A stretch of 64,000 nucleotides of DNA from an uncultured virus (IMG/VR IMGVR_UViG_3300042987_003191). Taxonomy: Duplodnaviria > Heunggongvirae > Uroviricota > Caudoviricetes. How positions within the stretch are numbered: position 1 is the first letter of the stretch; each line of letters starts with the position of its first letter. This document shows positions 45,386 to 53,650 of this stretch, piece by piece. The stretch is taken from the IMG/VR virus record IMGVR_UViG_3300042987_003191; one strand, written 5' to 3'. The notes under the pieces were generated by a model. That model had not been told where the DNA came from. It worked only from the letters and a program-made list of their open reading frames with translations, and ran no database searches. Position numbers and translations under genes: made by a program.

Positions 45386-45670
45386 ATGATGTTCCTCAAG
45401 AAGAGCAATGCCGATGTGCTTAAAATGCCGCATCAGCAAGCTCGTCTTCTCATCGCTTCTCGCATTAAAGAAGCCCGCCTTAACAGCGGGCTTTCACAGA
45501 AGAATGTAGCAGAAGCTTTGCATACAAGTCAGAGTTCTTATTCTCGAATGGAACGCGCAGAACTCGCTCCTGACTGCGTGCAAATTCGCACTCTCAGTGG
45601 ACTCTATGGAATTAGCGTGCTGTGGCTGATGGGCTACCCATCGTTCATTCTTAATGCGAAGCGCGATTAA
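45386..45670 (+). CDS. XRE-family HTH regulator
   Basis: RIKEARLNSGLSQKNVAEAL..SQSSYSRMER...LY.IS..WL.G. Confidence 0.88.
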   Translation: MMFLKKSNADVLKMPHQQARLLIASRIKEARLNSGLSQKNVAEALHTSQSSYSRMERAELAPDCVQIRTLSGLYGISVLWLMGYPSFILNAKRD

Positions 45671-45981
45671 TCCTCTTCTTCATCATCATCGCCACGAAGG
45701 TCGCGCAGTTGATCCTCAATGCCTTCCATAATATATGACTTGGCCATTGCCTCAATTTCAAAAGTAAGGAATTTGGTTGGATCAAAATGAGGGTCAGGCT
45801 TGTCGTAAGCACTCATCACATAGATGTGAGTTTCGTCGAGACGGCCATTCTTGAAGCATTGCTTTTCAACAAGCTCCCAGCGTGAAGTGTTGCGATGTTC
45901 GTTGGCGGAAAGAATGGACAAAGCCTGCATTAGACCAATGCCTTCATCCTCCTGCTCGATAACGCGCACGTATTCGCTCAT
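45667..45981 (-). CDS. hypothetical protein
   Basis: 104-aa ORF with acidic tail, ATGA-coupled. Confidence 0.65.
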   Translation of the reverse strand: MSEYVRVIEQEDEGIGLMQALSILSANEHRNTSRWELVEKQCFKNGRLDETHIYVMSAYDKPDPHFDPTKFLTFEIEAMAKSYIMEGIEDQLRDLRGDDDEEED

Positions 45982-46330
45982 TGATCTTTGTTCCGACTTT
46001 CCACCATCTTAATGATGCGATTTGCCCATGCCCTCCCGGCATCGCCTCCCCATAAAAGCCAAGCAATATATCCAGCATCATTTTCTCCTCCACTTTTGTT
46101 CTTTTCGTGGCGAGAAAAGAATGCAGACATGCGCTTGATAGTGGCGTAGCTAATTTTGCTGCCGCCAGCAAGATCGCCAGCCCTTGCCACGCCACTACCA
46201 ATACCCTGCTTCCCCGCCTCCTGCGTCGTCAAGCCGCCTTTGCCATGCTTCTTGCGCAGCTCTAAACCTCGACGGGCGGCACTCCTTACGGCAGCAGGAG
46301 GGGAGAAGCTTTCAGCGTCTCCCCTCGGCG
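45978..46330 (-). CDS. phage head-associated domain, probably expressed as a -1 frameshift fusion
   Basis: PP.AV...A.RGLELR...G.ARA..LA....S..TIKRM..FF.RH...GYIAWLLWGGDAG..WA domain; no convincing start of its own. Confidence 0.7.
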
Positions 46331-46603
46331 CTTTTTTCCGCAGCTCCCATCCATTTCCTCTTCCATACCATTCTCTTCCTCGGGCTCCTCTACTTCCATG
46401 CACATCATGGTATCAATGTAGGCATCAATGTACGCATCGCTTTTACCTTTCATTGACATACCGGCCTCGGAAAGAGCAATAGCAATTGCGCGGCGTCGGT
46501 CTTTGATTTTCTCTCCGCTACTACTTTTCAGGGTTCCAGCTTTGAATTCCCGTAAAACTTTTGCAACTTTTGCTTGTTTTTGTTTTTTGCTCAGTTGCGC
46601 CAT
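46286..46603 (-). CDS. small basic/acidic protein (DUF6496-like)
   Basis: KVAKVLREFKAGTLKSSSG.K.KDR..AIAIALSEAG. Confidence 0.8.
   Translation of the reverse strand: MAQLSKKQKQAKVAKVLREFKAGTLKSSSGEKIKDRRRAIAIALSEAGMSMKGKSDAYIDAYIDTMMCMEVEEPEEENGMEEEMDGSCGKKRRGETLKASPLLLP
46298..46337 (-). promoter_or_regulatory. candidate -1 ribosomal frameshift signal
   Basis: In-frame A_AAA_AAG (46337-46331), 4-nt spacer, perfect 9-bp stem GAGGGGAGA/TCTCCCCTC. Confidence 0.7.
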
Positions 46604-46646
46604 GACTCAGAAACTGCTATAGTGATAAGGACTGCTAAATTTAAAA

Positions 46647-47174
46647 ATGGAAGCAAGGCCTTGTTTAAACTGTAACAACTTTTTCAAGCCAAGAAGAACC
46701 TCCAATGTTTACTGCTGCAGAACATGCCAAGTGCAGCATCTGCGAAAAACAAAAAAAATAAAAGACAGAGTTAAGCAGGGAACTTTATGTAAATGCGATG
46801 TGTGCCATCAAGATTTCTACGTTCCTCAATATAGAAAAAATACGGCAAAATACTGCTCCCGGAGATGCCTGGCTCTTGGTAATCCACAGAATCTGGAAAA
46901 GGCGCAACAAAGCTCGCCAATCATGGCAAGAGCTGCCGCAATGAAAGGCAATAATGCCCCCAAGAAATACAAACAAATCTCTGTAAATGGCAAGCAAGTC
47001 AGGGAGCATAGGTGGCTAATGGAGCAGCATTTAGGAAGAAAGCTAGAAAGCTGGGAGCATGTGCATCATATAGATGGTAATCATTTAAATAATGCCATCG
47101 AAAACTTAGCAATATTGTCAAACGCGGAGCATCAAAGAGAAGAATTAAAGCAATGGCAAAAATTCAATGAATGA
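46647..47174 (+). CDS. HNH homing endonuclease with Zn-finger repeats
   Basis: C..C...F....YCS..C repeats; EHR..ME..LGRKL...EHVHHIDGN..NN..ENL; AT-rich and in opposite orientation to neighbours. Confidence 0.88.
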   Translation: MEARPCLNCNNFFKPRRTSNVYCCRTCQVQHLRKTKKIKDRVKQGTLCKCDVCHQDFYVPQYRKNTAKYCSRRCLALGNPQNLEKAQQSSPIMARAAAMKGNNAPKKYKQISVNGKQVREHRWLMEQHLGRKLESWEHVHHIDGNHLNNAIENLAILSNAEHQREELKQWQKFNE

Positions 47175-47880
47175 ATCCTATAGGAGCGGTGGCAATATTC
47201 ATGTCTGGAAAAAGTTTGTCACGATACAAGACCATGCCAGTAATGAGACGTTCAGCAATAAAAGCTAACGCCCGCTTGTCGTAGCCTCCAATGCGAAGAA
47301 ACTGCTCTTCATGCTTGTGCCAAATAGGCGCCAATGCCACAAATAGTGCGCTCATGAATTGCTTGTACTGAACATTGCTTCCTCTTGCCATGTTGCAGCC
47401 GATAAAGCTATTCTGCTTCCAAATGGCATCAATTTCTTCCCTTGAAAAAATCCAGCTCCCTGAATCCGCAATTTCCCTGGTGATCGCAGGGGCGTCAAAA
47501 GCGGAATGTCCACCATAGAACTGCTGCTCAAGTGTGCAATTAAACAATGCAGGCTCTGGAAAGTACAAGGTATTTTCGTCGTACCATTGATCATTTGGCT
47601 CCAGCCAATTGCGCCTGTATTGCGCATTGCCAATGTTCTTTTCGTTTGCATTAAGAATCATCCAAGAAATACAGGACAATTCTCCCCATCGACTATTGCG
47701 AGTGGAAAGAGAAGCATTCTCATCGTCAAACACATAACCTTGCGCACGGAGCGTTTCACGCTCCTCGCTAGACAAAACATGCGCTCCTCCCATAATGGGA
47801 ACGATGCGAGAGCGGGCTTCGTATCTCACTTTCTCACCTGGAATGCACACGGCATAAATGGTGCAGTCAGACGGTTGCAT
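47164..47880 (-). CDS. DUF4422-like glycosyltransferase
   Basis: D...S..N..WGELS...W.....IG..QYRR...H...NM...R..AFIAERL. Confidence 0.75.
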   Translation of the reverse strand: MQPSDCTIYAVCIPGEKVRYEARSRIVPIMGGAHVLSSEERETLRAQGYVFDDENASLSTRNSRWGELSCISWMILNANEKNIGNAQYRRNWLEPNDQWYDENTLYFPEPALFNCTLEQQFYGGHSAFDAPAITREIADSGSWIFSREEIDAIWKQNSFIGCNMARGSNVQYKQFMSALFVALAPIWHKHEEQFLRIGGYDKRALAFIAERLITGMVLYRDKLFPDMNIATAPIGFIH

Positions 47881-48583
47881 AGACTTTCCTCGCAGACCAC
47901 AGCTCGTTGTAATTGTTCACGCCCTTAGCACCAAGACCAGTGAGATCGCCGCCTCCTGCAGGCTTGCTCCAAGCCATGATCGTGCCATCAGGAAGCACGA
48001 ATGCTCGGTTCTTCTGCCCATGCGTCGGCGTCAACTCAAGATAATCACCATAGACAAAGTTAGCTTGGCTGCCATTTACAGCAAGCGCCTTGCCTAAAAG
48101 CGTCGGACCAGTGGGGCACAATGGCGTGATGCCATAGTATTGCGTTTTGCAATTTTCCACAATCATGTCAATGGCAGCTTGCAGCGCTGCATTGTTTGGT
48201 TTGGAATAGAGCACAGTTGTAGCACAGGCCCAGCTTGTGTAGCTAAAGCGTTGAATATCACGAAAAGCCAAGAATTCAATGCGATCACCAAGGTCCACTG
48301 CATTGAAGGCTCTCACGCCAATATCAAAATACCAGCCGCCAAGCTTGTTCAGCAAGCAGAATCGGCCAAGATCCGCCTTGTAAGAGAATGGTGCTAGACA
48401 ATCATATGCCCATACCACTTCTTCTTCATAGTTCTCGACAATGAAAGAACGAAGCGCATGGCTGTTGTAAATGACATGCTCAGCATCGGGAAAGCATGCG
48501 TCAATGGTTCCCGTGGCATGCTTGAGAAATGGACTCAGCTCTTCTGCTGGATCAGTAGAAAGAAAAATTTGTGAAATCTGCAT
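47867..48583 (-). CDS. glycosyltransferase (GT32/DXD-type)
   Basis: YKADLGRFCLL..LGGWYFDI...TGPTLL. Confidence 0.85.
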   Translation of the reverse strand: MQISQIFLSTDPAEELSPFLKHATGTIDACFPDAEHVIYNSHALRSFIVENYEEEVVWAYDCLAPFSYKADLGRFCLLNKLGGWYFDIGVRAFNAVDLGDRIEFLAFRDIQRFSYTSWACATTVLYSKPNNAALQAAIDMIVENCKTQYYGITPLCPTGPTLLGKALAVNGSQANFVYGDYLELTPTHGQKNRAFVLPDGTIMAWSKPAGGGDLTGLGAKGVNNYNELWSARKVYATV

Positions 48584-48588
48584 GGCAA

Positions 48589-49812
48589 TCAAACAATCTT
48601 GGCGGGAGTACCAAAGCCCTTGAATTCAGGCTCTGCAGGCTTGGCGGCAAGCGTTTCATTCACTACATCTTTAAGCTGCTGTTGAATGTAGGGCCATGTA
48701 AACGGCTCCTCATGGAGACGCTTGTAGCACCATTGTCCATGCTGCTTGAGAATGTCGCGGTTCTCGTAGTAGTAAGTGAGAATATTTGCGGCGCATTCAG
48801 GATCTGGAAGTAAACGCTCCAAGCCATAATTTCGATCTGTTTCGCTGGCGTTGCATTCAATGCGAGGCATCTCATCAAAGATTTCAGCCAAGCTTGTATG
48901 GTCTGGAACCACTTGCGCCACGCCAGTGGCACCATGCTCCGAGTTGACCAGGCCCCATCCCTCGCCAATGCAAGTATTAATGCCAATATCGGCAGCGTTA
49001 TACACTTGGTTCAACTGCTCAATGGGAAGACAGTTATCCACTGAATAGTGCGGACTTGTCAAGATGAGCTTGCTTGTTGGGTCAAAGCCTTCATCACGCG
49101 CCACGCGCTTAAAGAGCGGCACCAATTCCCACCCCAAATCCTTGCTGCCCATATTGAGCCATAGACGAGCGTCGTCCTTATCTTTGGCAAATTTGATGAA
49201 CGCCTTAATTGTTAAGTCAATGCGCTTACGTGGCTGGTTCCTATTGCCATTGAACACGACGAACACATCATCTGGCACGCCAAGCTTCTTGCGACATTCT
49301 TCCTTGTCCATAGGGAAGAATTTCGCAAAGTCGGTGCCATGGCCAATAATACGCACGGGCTTTGTGTAGCCCATTAGCTCAAGCTCTTTCTTCGCAAATT
49401 CCGTATAAGTGGCAAGCCCATCCCATTCCATCATGGGCTTAGCCAAGTCTGGGAACAAGCCGTAGGAATCAATGGGAGTGTAGACAAACCATTTGAAGCC
49501 AAGCTGCTCCTTCAACGGCTTCGCCTTTTCCCATAGCTGCAAGGCAATCCAAATGTCATTGGTCACCCATACAAGGTCCGGCTTGAATGCTTGAATGACG
49601 CCTGCAATGCGATGGGAACCAAATGGGTCATTGCCATGCAGCATGGCAGGATAAACCGTATAGTTCTTCGCTTCTGGATGGGGGTCACCATGGAAGTTTA
49701 CGGCTAATACAGCCACTTCATGCTCTTCCGCTAATGCAGAAAGCAAATATTGCGCCACTCGTCCAAAGCCTGTCTCTACAAAGGCATCGCCACAATACAG
49801 AATGCGGGCCAT
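48589..49812 (-). CDS. GT-B glycosyltransferase (GT4-like)
   Basis: TGFGRV, NRNQPRKRIDL, YNAADIG.NT..GEGWGL...EH.A.G. Confidence 0.9.
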   Translation of the reverse strand: MARILYCGDAFVETGFGRVAQYLLSALAEEHEVAVLAVNFHGDPHPEAKNYTVYPAMLHGNDPFGSHRIAGVIQAFKPDLVWVTNDIWIALQLWEKAKPLKEQLGFKWFVYTPIDSYGLFPDLAKPMMEWDGLATYTEFAKKELELMGYTKPVRIIGHGTDFAKFFPMDKEECRKKLGVPDDVFVVFNGNRNQPRKRIDLTIKAFIKFAKDKDDARLWLNMGSKDLGWELVPLFKRVARDEGFDPTSKLILTSPHYSVDNCLPIEQLNQVYNAADIGINTCIGEGWGLVNSEHGATGVAQVVPDHTSLAEIFDEMPRIECNASETDRNYGLERLLPDPECAANILTYYYENRDILKQHGQWCYKRLHEEPFTWPYIQQQLKDVVNETLAAKPAEPEFKGFGTPAKIV

Positions 49813-49872
49813 AGTCTCCCCTGAATCTTCGTCATCTTAAGGGGCTTTTATACTGATGGCAAAAGGAGGCAA

Positions 49873-50568
49873 ATGACATTACCACTTGGTTCAATACGCT
49901 TTTGCATTAGTACGTGCAAGAAATTTGCCCCGCATACAATTCCCGTCATCATTCCTAGCTTGCTTGCTGCTGGCATCAAGCAAGAGGAAATTTTAATCGT
50001 CAATGGCGGTCAAGCTGTTCGCGCCAATACAAGCTACAAAGGCGTGCCGATGCTGCTGACGCAGCAGAATTCCTTTGAATACACGCCGCTCATTGAAATT
50101 GTTGAACATTCAATGGAGAGCCAGTATTGGTTTCTCCTTCATGACACATGCATTGCAGGCCCCCTCTTCAAGGCACTGGCTTATGAGCCTCCTGTAGAGG
50201 CTCCAGAGAAGGTGGCAATGAAGCAAACGCCTTCGATGAGCATTGGCCTTTATCGCCACGACTACCTCATGGCTCATAAGGATCGTTTGATGGCTATCAA
50301 GAACTTGGACAGCTCTCCCGAGGCGCTGCAGCGCTGGAAGCAGTGGGGCGTACCAAACGAGGACTATATGCTCTGGAAGCTCCAGGACGTGCCTTGCCAC
50401 ATTTATCATCTCGACAAGCACGGTCCTGATGAATGGAACTATCAGGGGCACGCCGATCCATATGGCACTGGCATGCAGCGCCGCATTGAATATTTTCCGC
50501 AATTGCACCTCGCTAAAGCCAAAAGCAACTGGCAAGGCGTTCAACCACACCTTTGCATTGACATCTGA
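49873..50568 (+). CDS. putative GT-A glycosyltransferase-like protein
   Basis: ISTC......IP..I.SL...G, NSFEYT.LI, YWFLLHDTC; inside the GT cluster. Confidence 0.55.
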   Translation: MTLPLGSIRFCISTCKKFAPHTIPVIIPSLLAAGIKQEEILIVNGGQAVRANTSYKGVPMLLTQQNSFEYTPLIEIVEHSMESQYWFLLHDTCIAGPLFKALAYEPPVEAPEKVAMKQTPSMSIGLYRHDYLMAHKDRLMAIKNLDSSPEALQRWKQWGVPNEDYMLWKLQDVPCHIYHLDKHGPDEWNYQGHADPYGTGMQRRIEYFPQLHLAKAKSNWQGVQPHLCIDI

Positions 50569-51521
50569 TGAAGCGTTTGGCAATTATCGGCGGAGGCTGG
50601 GTGGGATGTCATTTGGCAATGGCATTCCGCGATGAGATGGAAGTGACGTTGTATGAAAAGAATCATACGCTCATTTCAGAAACTTCTTTTATCAATCAAA
50701 ACCGTTTGCACTATGGCTACCACTATGCCAGAAATGCTGCAACTCGCCGCTTGTGCGCCACTACTTTTGTGCGCTTCATGGAGGATTATGGCGATCTCGT
50801 TCATGACGTAGAGAATAATTATTACGCAGTGTCAGAAGATGAAAGTCTTCTTGATGCTGAAACCATTTCAATTATTTTCGGAAAGGGTCCGCACACTCAT
50901 TTGAATCCACGAGCTTTTAACCACACATCGCTTTTGCTGGCCACTCCCGAAAAGCGCATTGATGCCATTGGAGCAAGCCTGTATTTTCAATGGCGCCTAG
51001 AACCGTTGGTCAAAAGAGAAAAAATTCAGCAATGCAATCTGCAAGCATTGAAGCAAGATTACGATTTTGTTTTCGACTGTACCAACAATGCTCTCTTGGA
51101 GCCATTGCCCTCTCATTTCTTTGAGGCAGTAACAATGTTTGTTTACCGCCCCAAGGCTCCTCTTCCGTTCGGTGCCCTCACCTATATTGATGGAAGTCTA
51201 TTCTCCATCTATCCATATAACGATAAATGCTTCTCATTGAGCCATGTCAAGTATGGCATCATGAACGGCAATTCGCTCGACAATGCGGACAATGCAAGGC
51301 AATTAACTGAACAGCACGTGGAGCGTTACTGGCCGGACTTCGCCGATAGCTTTGACTATCTATTTCCCACTCTTTCAATTAAAGCGAAGACAAAAGACTG
51401 CAGCGCTAATCGCACGCCATTGATGCGTCAAGATGAAAATCTATTCTCTTTCTTCACGGGCAAAATTCAAGGCATCTATGCCATTGAAAGCATGGCTAAG
51501 CAAATTATTGCTCAGCCATAA
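50568..51521 (+). CDS. FAD-dependent oxidoreductase
   Basis: IIGGGWVGC...V.LYEK.....S..NQNRLH.GYHY.R...GKI. Confidence 0.85.
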   Translation: MKRLAIIGGGWVGCHLAMAFRDEMEVTLYEKNHTLISETSFINQNRLHYGYHYARNAATRRLCATTFVRFMEDYGDLVHDVENNYYAVSEDESLLDAETISIIFGKGPHTHLNPRAFNHTSLLLATPEKRIDAIGASLYFQWRLEPLVKREKIQQCNLQALKQDYDFVFDCTNNALLEPLPSHFFEAVTMFVYRPKAPLPFGALTYIDGSLFSIYPYNDKCFSLSHVKYGIMNGNSLDNADNARQLTEQHVERYWPDFADSFDYLFPTLSIKAKTKDCSANRTPLMRQDENLFSFFTGKIQGIYAIESMAKQIIAQP

Positions 51522-52252
51522 AGCTGCCTAAACAGCGGATACTCTCGATGGTGCTGAGAAGCATTCACAAGCTCGCGCGTAATTCCGCCTTGGTAGCTAC
51601 TTGCGACTAAGAGCCGTTTGATTTGCTTGTGCTCATACTGGTTTAAAATGGGACCATTGTCAGTGTCGCTGATATGGACGTGAGCAATAAAGCGAAAGTA
51701 ATGTTTGATAATCTTTGTTGGACTATCGCCCTGTAACCAAGCATTATTTGTATCAAGCATTGTCTTTACGTTGCGCAAATTGTAAAAGTCAATGTGATTG
51801 ATAATCTCCTCAACTGTATAAAAATACTTTCCACCAAATGCTTTTGCAATCGGCTCAATACAAAGAATGGCATCATTGGCGTTCAATATTGAATCCATGC
51901 GCCTCAAAACCTCCATCAAGCTTGACGGGCTTCCCCTGCGCAAGGCGGGACTGCCAAGGACGAAGCGCTTAATGCCCATTAGGGAGCCAAGCTTCACCAC
52001 TCGCAATAAATGCTCTTGCGTGGCAGCAGTGTCCTCAAAACTTTGAACGGCGCTGTCGTAGAACAGCGCCTGAGCTGAATAGGCCCAAAGCCCATAATGC
52101 TCCCTATAGCGCTTTGCAATGTCGCCAAAGTCTTCGTTTCTAGCAAAGATGCGAGACGGTACCAGCTCAATGAAATTAAAAGCGCCGGCATTGGCGCTTA
52201 AGATTTCATGCTCTTCTTCATCTTTCCAGCCAATCGCACTAATTCCAATCAT
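51512..52252 (-). CDS. sugar phosphate isomerase/epimerase (xylose-isomerase-like TIM barrel)
   Basis: IS.IGW, IEL.P, S.QAL.Y, V.GSP..R, LCIEP, LDT, HVHIS. Confidence 0.8.
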   Translation of the reverse strand: MIGISAIGWKDEEEHEILSANAGAFNFIELVPSRIFARNEDFGDIAKRYREHYGLWAYSAQALFYDSAVQSFEDTAATQEHLLRVVKLGSLMGIKRFVLGSPALRRGSPSSLMEVLRRMDSILNANDAILCIEPIAKAFGGKYFYTVEEIINHIDFYNLRNVKTMLDTNNAWLQGDSPTKIIKHYFRFIAHVHISDTDNGPILNQYEHKQIKRLLVASSYQGGITRELVNASQHHREYPLFRQLYG

Positions 52253-52964
52253 TAACAAATGCCTCCATCTTTTTCAAAGTAGTTTCTTTGCTGGCAAAAT
52301 AAGGCCCATAGCTATATTCAATTCGTGGTCCGCAATCGACGATTGTCTTCGCCCACGGGAACCACCGGTCAATAATTTCTAAAGTTTCAATGGGCTCAGA
52401 AAACCATTGATGCTCCCCGCCTTTTTGACAGGCTTCAGTGTGAAGCCATAAGTCCTTCAAGTCGTACCATTGGTAACAAGAATTGGCGTTAATTTTCTCA
52501 ATGTTGTTGCCATTAAGAAGATCAAACAGAATGTTTTTCTTAATGCGCTTATGGAACAATGCAGGGAGGCGAATGATGGTAATTACGGATTCCGGGAATG
52601 TGGTCTTAACTAGCAGCTCAAAAATATATCGCGTGGACCCATAATTAATGCCATGGATTTCTGGAAAGTTTTCCACATATTTATAAGTTTGACTATAGAT
52701 GTCAATAGTGGAATAAAGGATGATTTCCTTCGGCTTCCACAGTTTGATCTTCGTCAAAACGTGATACATATTGTCAAAATCCGCCATCGGCGCTTGATTC
52801 GCCTTCCACTTCTCCGCCGGTAAACAAGCCAAATAAAGCCTATCAATATCCTGTTTCAGCGACGGCGCTAAATGAATGTTTTCGGAATTGAAAAGGTAAC
52901 CAAAGTCATGATGCTCGCGCAACACTCTTCCAATTAAGCCCGTGCTTCCAACCAGGACATCCAT
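52239..52964 (-). CDS. NAD(P)-dependent epimerase/dehydratase-like protein
   Basis: LVGSTGLIG, A.KW.AN..P..D, STIDIY, YG..R..FE, IIRLPALF...KKN..FDLLN. Confidence 0.8.
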   Translation of the reverse strand: MDVLVGSTGLIGRVLREHHDFGYLFNSENIHLAPSLKQDIDRLYLACLPAEKWKANQAPMADFDNMYHVLTKIKLWKPKEIILYSTIDIYSQTYKYVENFPEIHGINYGSTRYIFELLVKTTFPESVITIIRLPALFHKRIKKNILFDLLNGNNIEKINANSCYQWYDLKDLWLHTEACQKGGEHQWFSEPIETLEIIDRWFPWAKTIVDCGPRIEYSYGPYFASKETTLKKMEAFVNDWN

Positions 52965-52966
52965 GC

Positions 52967-53650
52967 TCACACTGCCACGACTGGCGCTTGTTGACGCATG
53001 TATTTTACGCTGCATTTGCAATTGGACATACAAGCACACCGCTGGCCTGGCATGGGCAGACTTCCAATGGGAACAGCTCCTCGCCCTGCATAGCGCAAGC
53101 AGTCGTCACAATGCTTCGCCTGTGGATCGAGGATGCGTCGCATCAAGCTATATCCTTGCTTCTCCTGGCGAATTGTGGTGCCTTCCCAGTAAGAGCCTCG
53201 CACAGCTTGAGCGTACATGCCGATACGAGCAAGAGCCATGGGAGTAGAAACGCTCCCAGCCAGAAGATCACGAGCAAAACTTTCCAAATAACGGTATTCC
53301 GCACGAAGGCGTTGACCGATGCGCCCCCAGTCTGAAGCTTGCATCGTATCCCGTCCACCATTGCCAATGATTGCTGCTTGTACATGCGCAAGCTTAAGCG
53401 CTTCCCTTACGCTTTCCTGCCATTGAACCAGCGTAATATCGCCGTTGCTAAGCATGTTTGTAAGACGACGTAGCAAAGTGCCAAGCTTGTTAATTCGACC
53501 ATCAACCAAAGCTTCAACGGCAGACTGACTAAGGAAGCGTCCGTTACTTCCGCGATAACGGCCAGCAACGGGGTCGTAGCGCCATGAGGATTCATCAAGA
53601 CGCAGTTCAAGAGCGGCAGCGAACGTTGATAGATCATTCAGGCCTTGCAT
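52967..53650 (-). CDS. minor head / head morphogenesis protein
   Basis: Directly after the portal gene; RYR..NGRF, R.L...A.HC.DC...PG..C.C..NC.C. Confidence 0.7.
   Translation of the reverse strand: MQGLNDLSTFAAALELRLDESSWRYDPVAGRYRGSNGRFLSQSAVEALVDGRINKLGTLLRRLTNMLSNGDITLVQWQESVREALKLAHVQAAIIGNGGRDTMQASDWGRIGQRLRAEYRYLESFARDLLAGSVSTPMALARIGMYAQAVRGSYWEGTTIRQEKQGYSLMRRILDPQAKHCDDCLRYAGRGAVPIGSLPMPGQRCACMSNCKCSVKYMRQQAPVVAV

Noticed and set aside
46338..46403. N-terminus MHGSRGARGREW... of the 45978-46403 ORF-track call
   Set aside because: Overlaps the DUF6496-like gene out of frame with no clear RBS; better explained by frameshift entry at 46331-46337.
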